Assembly: GCA_963933835.1 (NCBI GenBank)
Contig: CAWVVV010000001.1
Coordinates: 160,001 to 224,000, forward strand
Length of the DNA stretch: 64,000 nt
Direction: 5' to 3'
Source of the DNA: an uncultured Puniceicoccaceae bacterium
Lineage (GTDB): Bacteria > Verrucomicrobiota > Verrucomicrobiia > Opitutales > Oceanipulchritudinaceae
The position numbers and the translations under genes are program-made. This document shows positions 31,823-40,690 of the stretch, one piece after another; the first letter of the stretch is position 1; each line of letters opens with the position of its first letter. The notes under the pieces are model-generated. The model was given only the letters and a program-made list of their open reading frames with translations, made no database searches and was not told where the DNA came from.

Positions 31823-32149
31823 GGCTTAGAGCGAAGTATCGGGAATTCTGATACACTTTTGTTACAATTAGAAAAGAGCTCTGACTCTTTTTTTACGCGC
31901 GACGGGTGAGTCTATACAGAGATCGCTACTCGCTTCGAGTAAAGCTACTAGCTCGCTATGTGCTAATTACTTAGCGCCGACTCCCATTCCCAATGAACGG
32001 AGGAAGACAAGACGTTAAGGGTTCGTAAAAGAGGTGCCGAAGACGCCCGATTTGATTAAAAAAAAGCAAATTTAGAGTTCTGCTTACCCGTGAGCTAAAA
32101 CTATTACGGGAACACCGATGTGAGAGGCACAGATCAATCTTTCGCATCA

Positions 32150-33166
32150 ATGATATCCAAAAACATTCTCCGCTTACTATCCGCAGCCCTCACTGCTCTG
32201 GTAATGCCTACAGCCCTCAGCGCTCAAAGCGCCGCTTCGACACCTGCCGGATGCTTTCCGGTTCTTCTTCAAGCAGGCGCCGACAACGCGATCGGGATTC
32301 CCCTCCAACGCTCAGCAGGATTCGTCGGACGGATCCACTCGATCTCCGGTTTCGAGATCACTCTAGCAACGAGCGCTGGATGGACGCCAAACGAGCTCAT
32401 CGGAGCCAATGCCAAAAATGAGAAATATTTTTGTCAGATCAGAACGGGCGCCCTCGCTGGAGCGACACTTCCTATCATCTCAAATGACGATGGTAGCTTT
32501 ATGATTTCTCCGCAGAGCGAGGACATCACTGAGCTCCTGAGCGACGCCCAAGACGGCACGGGTGACGTCATCCTCGTCATCCCTTACTGGACACCGGAAT
32601 CCCTCTTTAACTACACCCAAGTCCCTGAGAACACAAAACTCATACTCCTCGAAAGCGACAGCACCGACGTTTGCGCATCGCTGGTCTATGCATCTGGGCT
32701 ATGGACTGACTTGCATGGCAACGACGCCAGCAGCTCAATTATCAAACGCGGCGAGGGGCTTCTCGTCTGCCTGCCTGCGAACACGGCAGACGTCCACCTG
32801 AATATCCTCGGCCATGTTCCAACAACACCCGAACGCTTCGTCTTCGATGCGGCTGACGATAATCAGGGCAAAGACGTCTTTTTCGCCCTCTCGCATCCCG
32901 AAGGCATAGCGCTTCAAGATGCTGGCCTCGAGCTTGATGACCGCACGATCATTTTCGCCTATGATGGAGCATCCGGATACGGCGGCAATCCTGCCGCAGT
33001 CTATACTTTCTACGAAGGCTACGGCTGGTTCGACGAATTGTTTCAAGCTGTCGACGCATCGATCGCGCTCGATCCCGGCCGCGCCTACTTCATTCGTGTC
33101 CCACAAGCTGAGCCCTACACCCAATGGGTTTGGACGCGGTCCCCCAACTACGTCAGCAGTATCTAA
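32150..33166 (+). CDS. TIGR02597-type secreted Verrucomicrobia protein
   Basis: Signal peptide, (T/S)TP.G, GIPLQR...F.G, VIPYWT...LF, C-terminal W....Y pattern. Confidence 0.6.
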   Translation: MISKNILRLLSAALTALVMPTALSAQSAASTPAGCFPVLLQAGADNAIGIPLQRSAGFVGRIHSISGFEITLATSAGWTPNELIGANAKNEKYFCQIRTGALAGATLPIISNDDGSFMISPQSEDITELLSDAQDGTGDVILVIPYWTPESLFNYTQVPENTKLILLESDSTDVCASLVYASGLWTDLHGNDASSSIIKRGEGLLVCLPANTADVHLNILGHVPTTPERFVFDAADDNQGKDVFFALSHPEGIALQDAGLELDDRTIIFAYDGASGYGGNPAAVYTFYEGYGWFDELFQAVDASIALDPGRAYFIRVPQAEPYTQWVWTRSPNYVSSI

Positions 33167-33232
33167 CTACTGCGCATACACTTTGCGAAATCGTTGATCC
33201 GATACGGGGAGGGTGAGACTTCCCCCTTTACT

Positions 33233-33261
33233 AAAAAGCCCTACACATGTGGGGCTTTTTT
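33233..33261. terminator. Bidirectional intrinsic terminator
   Basis: AAAAAGCCCTAC-ACAT-GTGGGGCTTTTTT between convergent genes. Confidence 0.85.
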
Positions 33262-33264
33262 GGT

Positions 33265-33993
33265 TTATTCAACGTTGAGCTCAGCCGCCGCAGCCTCGTC
33301 GACAAGCCAAGTGACTCGCGATGCGTATGCCTCGAGGAGCTGCACAGGATAAACATCATCAGGGCCTTCGAGCACTTCTTTGAGAACAGATGCTTTCTTC
33401 GCCCCCGTGACCGTAATCAAAATTTCAGCACACTGTCCAAAGCCCTCACGGGTAATTGTCAGGCGCCAACCTTTTTCAGGCACCTCGACACAAGCGAACA
33501 AGGCAGCGATTGGGCTTACAAGCAGGGTGCTTCCAGGAAAAATCGAAGCCGTATGCCCATCATCTCCCATCCCCAACAAACAGAGATCAAATCCATGGTT
33601 AGCGCCGTGGTTATCGAGCCAACGCTGATTAAAAACATTAGCCGATGACTGAGGGTCTACCGTCGTGATCCATGGATGTTTATTGATCTCAGAGACATCT
33701 AAGAAAGTGAGCATTTTACGGTCTGCGATGCCGAAATTGCTTTCTTCACTATCCAACGGAACCATCCGCTCGTCGCTCGCATACCACAGAACTTTGTTCA
33801 GGACTTCTTCGGAAAATGGCTTCGTTTCGGCCGCCCATTCATAAAAGGCTTTCGGGGTTGAACCTCCTGTGAGGCCAACTGTTTTCGTCACGCCGCTCGC
33901 TACTGCAGAAATCTTTTCAGCGGTGATCTGGAAAATCTCTTCGAGCGAACAGATTTTCACACTTCCATACTTTATCTCAAACGGGGCGCCCAT
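33265..33993 (-). CDS. pgl: 6-phosphogluconolactonase
   Basis: LTGGSTP, DERMVP...ESN, LGMGDDGHTASIFP, RLTIT. Confidence 0.93.
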   Translation of the reverse strand: MGAPFEIKYGSVKICSLEEIFQITAEKISAVASGVTKTVGLTGGSTPKAFYEWAAETKPFSEEVLNKVLWYASDERMVPLDSEESNFGIADRKMLTFLDVSEINKHPWITTVDPQSSANVFNQRWLDNHGANHGFDLCLLGMGDDGHTASIFPGSTLLVSPIAALFACVEVPEKGWRLTITREGFGQCAEILITVTGAKKASVLKEVLEGPDDVYPVQLLEAYASRVTWLVDEAAAAELNVE

Positions 33994-34050
33994 GTCGAAA
34001 GGCTCCTAGCTAACCACCGCCACTGGCAAGCGTCTTCTTCCGCAGCGCTC

Positions 34051-34923
34051 TTACTTCAGGAACTGAGCGATCTGCTGATGCAGCTCATCGCCACCATCTT
34101 CGAGCACATAGTGTCCACAATCCTGCTTCCAATGTGTCTGAGCTTCAGGAAAGCGTGCCTGCCACTCACGAAAAAAGGAGGCATTGAAACACCAATCGCG
34201 TCCACCCCAAGCAATCAGCATGGGCTTTTCGCGCAAAGAAGTCAGACCCTCTTCAACCTTCACTAGCCGATCATAGCTTGGGTGATTCTCATTCATCGGA
34301 ATGTCTTCGACAAAGCGTGCAATCGCGATGCGATCTGCCCAAGAGCGGTACGGCCAAAGATACCCATCCTTCAAATCGCGCGAAAGCGGTTGAACCGTTG
34401 TCATCCTTGTCGCTGGGCCAGCAAATCCATTCAGTCCACGGACGAGAAAGCGCCCGATGAAGGGCCAACGGCAGGCTGCGATGCGCAACGGCAGTCGCTT
34501 AGAACGAAAAGCGGCCGTATTCAAAACGACGATGCGCTCCACTGCCTCAGAAAGTTCCGTGGCAACGCCCATTCCGATCGCCCCACCCCAGTCATGCACG
34601 ACAATCGAGAAGCGTGTTAGGCCGAGCTCCTTTATAAGTCGTAATACGTTCTCAATGTGATCGGCGAGGCAATAGGACCAGTCTTGAGGTTTGTCCGAAA
34701 GGCCACAGCCAAGGTGGTCGGGAACAATCGCCCGCATCCCTTGATCCGCCACTGCGCGGGCGAGATCTCGATAGTAGAAAGACCAAGTGGGATTTCCGTG
34801 CACCATGATCACGGGATGGCCTTCGCCGACGTCGATATAGTGTTGACGCCCGCCAGGCTGGTCAATCCAAGAGGAGGAAAATGGATACAGGGCTTTGAGT
34901 GCTGAAGGCAACCCTTCGCTCAC
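34051..34923 (-). CDS. oleB: OleB-like beta-lactone decarboxylase (haloalkane dehalogenase fold)
   Basis: HGNPTWSFYYR, VHDWGG, GHYVLED; 4-nt overlap with oleA. Confidence 0.8.
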   Translation of the reverse strand: MSEGLPSALKALYPFSSSWIDQPGGRQHYIDVGEGHPVIMVHGNPTWSFYYRDLARAVADQGMRAIVPDHLGCGLSDKPQDWSYCLADHIENVLRLIKELGLTRFSIVVHDWGGAIGMGVATELSEAVERIVVLNTAAFRSKRLPLRIAACRWPFIGRFLVRGLNGFAGPATRMTTVQPLSRDLKDGYLWPYRSWADRIAIARFVEDIPMNENHPSYDRLVKVEEGLTSLREKPMLIAWGGRDWCFNASFFREWQARFPEAQTHWKQDCGHYVLEDGGDELHQQIAQFLK

Positions 34924-35975
34924 GCCTCGACTCCCATCATCATTGAGCTCAGCCCACTTCCGATGCCTAAGAGTGCGATTTTGTCACCCGTCTTCACAGC
35001 GCCTGCTCTAACCGCTTCTGCTAACGTAATGGGCAAAGAGACAGAGCCCACATTTCCGAGGTGCTCATAGGTTGTAAAATCCTTCGCAGGGTCGAGGCCC
35101 AGACGCTCAACAAGCTGGCGCTGATGCGAGCGACCCACTTGGTGACAGATAAAGCGATCGAGCTTTGTCTCAGCCCAACCAAAAGCTGCTTTAAATCGAT
35201 CCCAATTTCTCTCCGCCACCGCGAGCCCGGCATCAAGCAGAGCTTCAGCTTCGGTCAACATCTCTAATCCGTGCCCATCTACCTGACCTCCTTGGCAAAG
35301 CTTATTTGCGGACGAGTCGGTCTCAACAACTCCGCCGAGGAACTTCATGGCACCTTCCGGAGCATCATCTGCATGCGTGATGACACACGCCACGGCTCCC
35401 GCCCCAATCGTGAGATTAGCAAAGTACGGCTTGATCGTCTTTCGCGTGAAATGACCACCGAGCAAGGTCTTGATCGTATACTCAAGCAGCGGGCGACCAT
35501 TCTCCCCGGAGACGAGAAGCGCCCGTCGAATTTGGCCACTCTCAATCATGCCCGAAACCAACGTCAGACCGTTTAAGAACCCAAGGCAGGCATTCGAGAG
35601 ATCAAAAATCTGACACGTGTTCGCCAACCCTAATTGCCCGTGCACGTAGGCCGCCGTTGCTGGTTCAAGCCGGTCGCGACAAACACCACAGTGCGCAACG
35701 AGGTCGATATCGCTGCGGTCGCCACCCCACTCCTTGAGGGCTTTTTCGCCAGCCTCCGCACTTGCGGCAGAGGGCGCCCGGTTATCAGGCCAGAAACGGC
35801 GCTCGCGAATCCCAGTCATCAGTTCTAATCGGCCGAGAGGCAGCTTGAGGCGTTCGTAGAGGGCTCCTAAGCGCTCTTCAATCGTTGCGGAGCTCATGAC
35901 TTCCGGTGGGAAGACAGTGCCAAAAGAGGGAATGCGAACTTTCGAAAATCGAATCGCTTTAATCGCTGTAGCCAT
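34920..35975 (-). CDS. oleA: OleA acyl-CoA condensing enzyme (thiolase/KASIII fold)
   Basis: RD.LEPATA, DLSNACLGF, HQVG, GNVGSVSLP, GIGSGL. Confidence 0.85.
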   Translation of the reverse strand: MATAIKAIRFSKVRIPSFGTVFPPEVMSSATIEERLGALYERLKLPLGRLELMTGIRERRFWPDNRAPSAASAEAGEKALKEWGGDRSDIDLVAHCGVCRDRLEPATAAYVHGQLGLANTCQIFDLSNACLGFLNGLTLVSGMIESGQIRRALLVSGENGRPLLEYTIKTLLGGHFTRKTIKPYFANLTIGAGAVACVITHADDAPEGAMKFLGGVVETDSSANKLCQGGQVDGHGLEMLTEAEALLDAGLAVAERNWDRFKAAFGWAETKLDRFICHQVGRSHQRQLVERLGLDPAKDFTTYEHLGNVGSVSLPITLAEAVRAGAVKTGDKIALLGIGSGLSSMMMGVEA

Positions 35976-35976
35976 A

Positions 35977-36498
35977 TCAGTAAAGCCCTTCTATCAATTT
36001 AATGACGGTGAGACCATCTGCGTAATTTGATGATCCTCCGAGGGCAAAGTGGAATATTAACATAAAAAAGAGTCCTGCGCTAAAAAAAATCAATCCTCCG
36101 AAAACACCAGCTTTATGGAACCCATAAGTTTCCGTAATCAGAAACGAGACGCTTGGATCTTTCGGATCATAAAAGGCCTCAACGACTGCCGCCGTATTCA
36201 ATTTGTGATACAGATTCTCGTGGCCGCTTGCGGAACTACTTGAATAAGCGGGATGAATTCGACTGGAGGTATATAACTGCTTATTCACGGTGTAGTGATA
36301 AGTCACTTCCACTTCGTGGACAATGGCATCGCCATCGCTCGTATTGAGAAGCTCGCAGGCACTTAATTCTGCTTGGACCGTGGGCCAGCTCTGAGCTTCC
36401 TTCGCCTTCCGCACTTGGCTCAGCGCCTTCAGGCTAAGCCAAGTTCCAGCCAACATGAAGATTGAGCAAAAGGGGTAGACGAACCATATCAGCTTCAT
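35977..36498 (-). CDS. DUF3592 membrane protein
   Basis: TM, then SWPTV.A, V.Y.Y.V, V..YDP.DP..S.L, then TM. Confidence 0.75.
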   Translation of the reverse strand: MKLIWFVYPFCSIFMLAGTWLSLKALSQVRKAKEAQSWPTVQAELSACELLNTSDGDAIVHEVEVTYHYTVNKQLYTSSRIHPAYSSSSASGHENLYHKLNTAAVVEAFYDPKDPSVSFLITETYGFHKAGVFGGLIFFSAGLFFMLIFHFALGGSSNYADGLTVIKLIEGLY

Positions 36499-36532
36499 TT
36501 CTTGCATACCTTCCACATGTTCATATCCACCT

Positions 36533-37339
36533 TCATTCCGATTTCTCCGGACGCATCGCAAGGCTGACTGCTTCTTCGTCGAAGTAGTTCCAATCCATGC
36601 CGGCGTTTACCGTAATGCCCTGGGCATTGATCCCACTGCTTGCCGGGCTGAGCAGAAAAACGGCCGTATTCGCGACCTCCTGAGTGGTCAGAGCGCTTTT
36701 GCGCATCGTCAGTTTCTCCGCGAAGAGATAATTCTCCAGATATCCAGGGATGCCCGCAGAGGACTTCGTTTTCAGTGGGCCCGCGTTCACCGTATTGAAA
36801 CGGATGTCGCCGTATTTAGAAAACGATTTGGCGAGGAAACGGGTGCAGCCTTCGAGCGCGCTCTTGATCGGCGACATGTAGCCATAGCTCGAAGCCGTCA
36901 CATAGGAGCTGATTCCGATCGAAACAACCGAGGCGGTCTTGTTCAGGAGCGGTTTGAGCGCATTAGCCATCTCAACTAGAGAAAAGGCTGATATCTGCAT
37001 CGCTTGCATGAAGTGGCTGCGCGGCGTCTTCTCAAAGGAATCTGTGCCCTCGGTGTAGTTCGCAAAAGCAATGGAATGAACAAAGCCATCAAAAGGCCCC
37101 TGCGCCTGCAGTTCGCCAGCTAAACGCTGAAGCGAACCCTCTTCTTCGACATCGCAGGTGAAGCATGCGCGGTCGCCGAGGAGTTTTGACAGCGCCTCTT
37201 TGCGCGCTTCGCTGCGAACGCTGTAAACAACCGTCGCACCAAGCGCTTCGAGCGTCTGCGCGATCGCCCAAGCCACGCTCTTACGGTTTGAAACACCGAA
37301 GACGAGGAAGCGCTTACCCGCTAGCTGTAGAAACTCCAT
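36533..37339 (-). CDS. fabI: Enoyl-ACP reductase
   Basis: GVSNRKSVAW, VHSIAFA, ISAFS, YGYMSPIK, AGPLKT. Confidence 0.85.
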   Translation of the reverse strand: MEFLQLAGKRFLVFGVSNRKSVAWAIAQTLEALGATVVYSVRSEARKEALSKLLGDRACFTCDVEEEGSLQRLAGELQAQGPFDGFVHSIAFANYTEGTDSFEKTPRSHFMQAMQISAFSLVEMANALKPLLNKTASVVSIGISSYVTASSYGYMSPIKSALEGCTRFLAKSFSKYGDIRFNTVNAGPLKTKSSAGIPGYLENYLFAEKLTMRKSALTTQEVANTAVFLLSPASSGINAQGITVNAGMDWNYFDEEAVSLAMRPEKSE

Positions 37340-37382
37340 AGTGCAAAAGTCGTCGATCAGACCTCATCGGCAAGGGCGAAAT

Positions 37383-37826
37383 CTACCCTTCAGCCTCGAT
37401 CATCGCGAGGGCGAACTCGACTGTAGCCGTCACCTTGCCCTCTTTTTTGATCGAACCCTTCATGAAGTGGAAGCGCCCCATCGGCTCTTTGTACGTCACG
37501 GTGATTTCAATTTCGTCACCTGGCTTCACCATTTGCTTGAAGCGCGCATCCTGAATACGGGCTAGCACCGGTGCTAGCATTGAGGTGTCCCTCGCAGCAA
37601 CACCGAGCTTTCTAGACATGTAGACAGCAGCAGCTTGAAAGATCGCCTCGCACAACAGGACCCCCGGCATGATCGGATTGCCCGGATAGTGCCCTTGAAA
37701 CTGAGGCTCATCGCCACTGATTGTCCTCGTCGCCACAAGATGCTCATCATCCGCTTCAACGATCGAATCGATGAATAAGAAAGGCTCCCGGTGCGGAATT
37801 AGCGCCTTAATCTCCTCTTGATTCAT
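37383..37826 (-). CDS. fabZ: 3-hydroxyacyl-ACP dehydratase
   Basis: IPHREPFLFID, FQGHYPGNPIMPGVL.CE, F...VKPGD. Confidence 0.9.
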   Translation of the reverse strand: MNQEEIKALIPHREPFLFIDSIVEADDEHLVATRTISGDEPQFQGHYPGNPIMPGVLLCEAIFQAAAVYMSRKLGVAARDTSMLAPVLARIQDARFKQMVKPGDEIEITVTYKEPMGRFHFMKGSIKKEGKVTATVEFALAMIEAEG

Positions 37827-37890
37827 TAACATCCCGCCAAAGTGGAGCACTGACGCCGCACTGCACGCAAAAAGACGAATCCACGCGAAC

Positions 37891-39200
37891 TCATCGCATA
37901 AAACGGATCAACCCCTGCTTAAGCCCTCTCATTGTAGGGAACTGCTTGGCCCGAGGATCTTGAACCCAAATCAGAGCGACAAAGCCGCAGAAACAGAGCG
38001 AAGCCGCTGTTAAGGCCAAAGCTGGCAGACCACCCTGCACCCATAAAAACCGACAGAGCGTGCTCGCCCCGAGGAGGCCAAACATCGTCACCAAAGAGAT
38101 CATTGAGAGATAGCCTGCCTGCAGCTTTCGAGGTGTTAATTCCATCACCAAAGTATCCTTCCCTACGATCCAGATCATCTGACTGAACCCGTAAAAGCAT
38201 AAGCCAGTTGTGCCTGTAGCGGTGTTTCTACAAAAAGTGCAGCTATGCACGCCATCGCCAAAACGGTATATCCAAAGCCCAGTGTCGCCCGCCCACCCCA
38301 GCGATCACCGACAAATGCGGCACAGAGATTGCCCAAAGCCCAGCCACCCATTTGCCACATCGCTAGGACACCGAGGTAACGACTACCCTGCCCGAGCTTA
38401 ACGAGCAGATGCGTCGCATAGAACGGTGGCATAAGGAGAAACGCATGCACAAGAAGCACAGCTATGGTGAAGCATATACGAGAACGCTGAAACTCACCCG
38501 GACGATAAAAATGAACAAATGATTCCCGAATGCTCTGACGTTCCGGCGGTTCTTCCTCGACCGCTTGCTCTGGTTCAGTGGCAAAACCCAGAATTACCAT
38601 ACTGATCATGAGGCACAGCGCTGCGAAAAGGTGGAGGATACCATACCCTGTCGCGCCTGGGTGTGCCGACAGCACTCGCTCGATCACAAGACCGGCAAAA
38701 ATCCCTGTCACGCCACCAAACATAAAGCGAAAAGCGATATTCGACGCCCGGCGCTCAGCGGGCACCCCCATAATATACATCCGTTGCCAAGCGGTGAACC
38801 CCAATCAACCGAGCAAGCCGGAACACAAGGGTGTCAGGGCCAATATCGCTACCGTCCAAACAGGAGACGGCTTCGCTAAAACCAAAATTATGCCAGCAAC
38901 CAAATAGGGGGACCTCTGTAAAAAGCCAGTCCACAGCATATATGTCCTTAGTCTCGGCAACCGATCGATCAAACCAGCCGTCAGGACGGGGACCCCGAAC
39001 AGACCGATCACCATCAAGCTAGGAACAAAACCAGCCAGCCATAATGGCCCGCCTTCCTGCAAGATCACCGCCGGTAGAAATGTCTGCGCATTCACAAACC
39101 CCGCGCCAAAGACATACATCCCACCTTCTAACAGGTAGACCCCATAGTTTCTACGCTCCTCCCTCGATCGCATCCCCTCAATTCCTCCTTGATCCCTCAT
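37891..39200 (-). pseudogene. MFS transporter with an in-frame TGA (38805-38807) and a frameshift at a T4 run (38193-38196)
   Basis: Three consecutive hydrophobic ORF pieces that join into one MFS; GLIDRLPR and GDRWGGR motif-A-like segments. Confidence 0.8.
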
Positions 39201-39299
39201 CCGGCAAGGAAGAAATCAATCTCACTAAAATGGCTGCGGTTTAAAATTTCCGCATTGCCCCAAAGAACCAATACGCCTTCATCATCCACCATCCGACTT

Positions 39300-39374
39300 G
39301 TCCCCATAGTTCAACGGATAGAACAATGGTTTCCTAAACCGTAAATCTGGGTTCGATCCCCAGTGGGGGCGCCA
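39300..39374 (+). tRNA. tRNA-Arg(CCT)
   Basis: GTCCCCA/TGGGGGC acceptor stem, TTCCTAA anticodon loop, GTTCGA T-loop, encoded CCA. Confidence 0.95.
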
Positions 39375-40215
39375 TTTAATTATCCCATAAACTCAGCACT
39401 TGAGCCGTTTCAAAAAGAATCGCTTGGATCAAGCACACCCCTATAGAACCCCTTAAAGCAGCATAATAGCCGCCTTAAATGTTCTTAATTCGTTCTTAAC
39501 GATTCTTCAGCAGGCCTGAATTGCCGCATTGCTCCTCGCATCCTACTTCCAATGTGTTTTGGCCGATGGAGAGAGCGGGGTTCGAAATCAGTTTAAGTGC
39601 TGATAAACAGTGACTTGCAACGCTACTATGCGGGTTCGGGTGGCGTTGGGTTGCGGGGAATGTGCGTAGGATTGCACTCAGGATGACAGGAATTTGGCAG
39701 GAGGTTGGTGGGAAAACAATGGAGCAGGAACTGCGCTCGGACGTGGAGAGAATCGCTGATGCGCTGTAAAAGCAGGATCATCTTGCCTGACCATTGTTAA
39801 ACGATCATCAATCGAGCATGTTCTATCATATCCGGCTGTTATGCCGTCATCATCTGTGCTTCTCGATTGCTTGCTTTGCTCTTTTGACCGCCACATGCAT
39901 CGCGGTCGATGACGCCGCAGGAATAGATCCCGAAACTTTGCAGGCCGCAGAGCAGGGACACGCCGACGCTCAATATAATCTGGGCGTTGCCTACAACTTT
40001 GGCAATGGCGTCATCAAAGACTACGAAACGTCCTACATGCATTTACTTCTGGCGGCAGCACCGGGTAACCAACAGGCTGCGGAATTTGGTGATAAGATTG
40101 AACTCAAATTGACCCCTGAGGCTATCTCCCGAGCCCAGAAGGCAGCATCTGCGATGCTTGAAGCAATCAAGGCACGCCAGAACGCCGAGTAGCGTTCCAA
40201 AGGCTCTATATCGGT
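39375..40215. mobile_element. Possible decayed genomic-island remnant at tRNA-Arg
   Basis: Non-coding tract with a GTTCTTAA direct repeat, an orphan tRNA-3'-like 20-mer at 39567-39586, a SEL1 gene and a clipped neighbour; no integrase. Confidence 0.35.
39818..40192 (+). CDS. Small secreted SEL1-repeat protein
   Basis: AAEQGHADAQYNLGVAY..G.GV.KD; LTPEAISRAQ tail. Confidence 0.75.
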   Translation: MFYHIRLLCRHHLCFSIACFALLTATCIAVDDAAGIDPETLQAAEQGHADAQYNLGVAYNFGNGVIKDYETSYMHLLLAAAPGNQQAAEFGDKIELKLTPEAISRAQKAASAMLEAIKARQNAE

Positions 40216-40558
40216 TTTCAGCTTTAGGCGTGTCTTTTCGAATAAATTGAACTGCGCCTGTCTCACCGCTGATTTCAACAGCTTGGCGCGTTGCCTCTGC
40301 AGTCATCATGATAACTTTGGCCTTGGGATCTTCGCCCAAGATTTCTTTGAGGGCAGAGAGCCCATCGAGAATAGGCATGTTGATATCAAACAACGCCAAG
40401 TCCGGGCGATACTCTCGATAGAGTTCGACGCCTTCCTTGCCATTGCCTCCTTCGACGAATTGCTCGATACCCATGTTTTTTAATAACATGCGGATATAGA
40501 GCCGGACGTGGGCTTCGTCATCTACGATGAGGACCGATTGCGGTAACGACTTTTCCAT
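40043..40558 (-). CDS. CheY-like response regulator, C-terminus probably disrupted
   Basis: LIVDDE, DINMP..DG, MMTA, FIRK; the tail overlaps the convergent SEL1 gene by 150 nt. Confidence 0.75.
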   Translation of the reverse strand: MEKSLPQSVLIVDDEAHVRLYIRMLLKNMGIEQFVEGGNGKEGVELYREYRPDLALFDINMPILDGLSALKEILGEDPKAKVIMMTAEATRQAVEISGETGAVQFIRKDTPKAENRYRAFGTLLGVLACLDCFKHRRCCLLGSGDSLRGQFEFNLITKFRSLLVTRCCRQK

Positions 40559-40690
40559 TGTGCTCCTCACCTATACCGGAGCTGCACGGAGTAGCCTGAG
40601 ACTTTTTTTACACTTTTAGCAATCTATCTGAAATGGAGCGTTCGTAGCTAAGGCTTACAGCCCAAAAACCCCTCAAATTCGCGCCATTTC

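Noticed and set aside
31823..32149. ncRNA or riboswitch in the long tyrS downstream spacer
   Set aside because: Small hairpins only; I could not recognise any family consensus.
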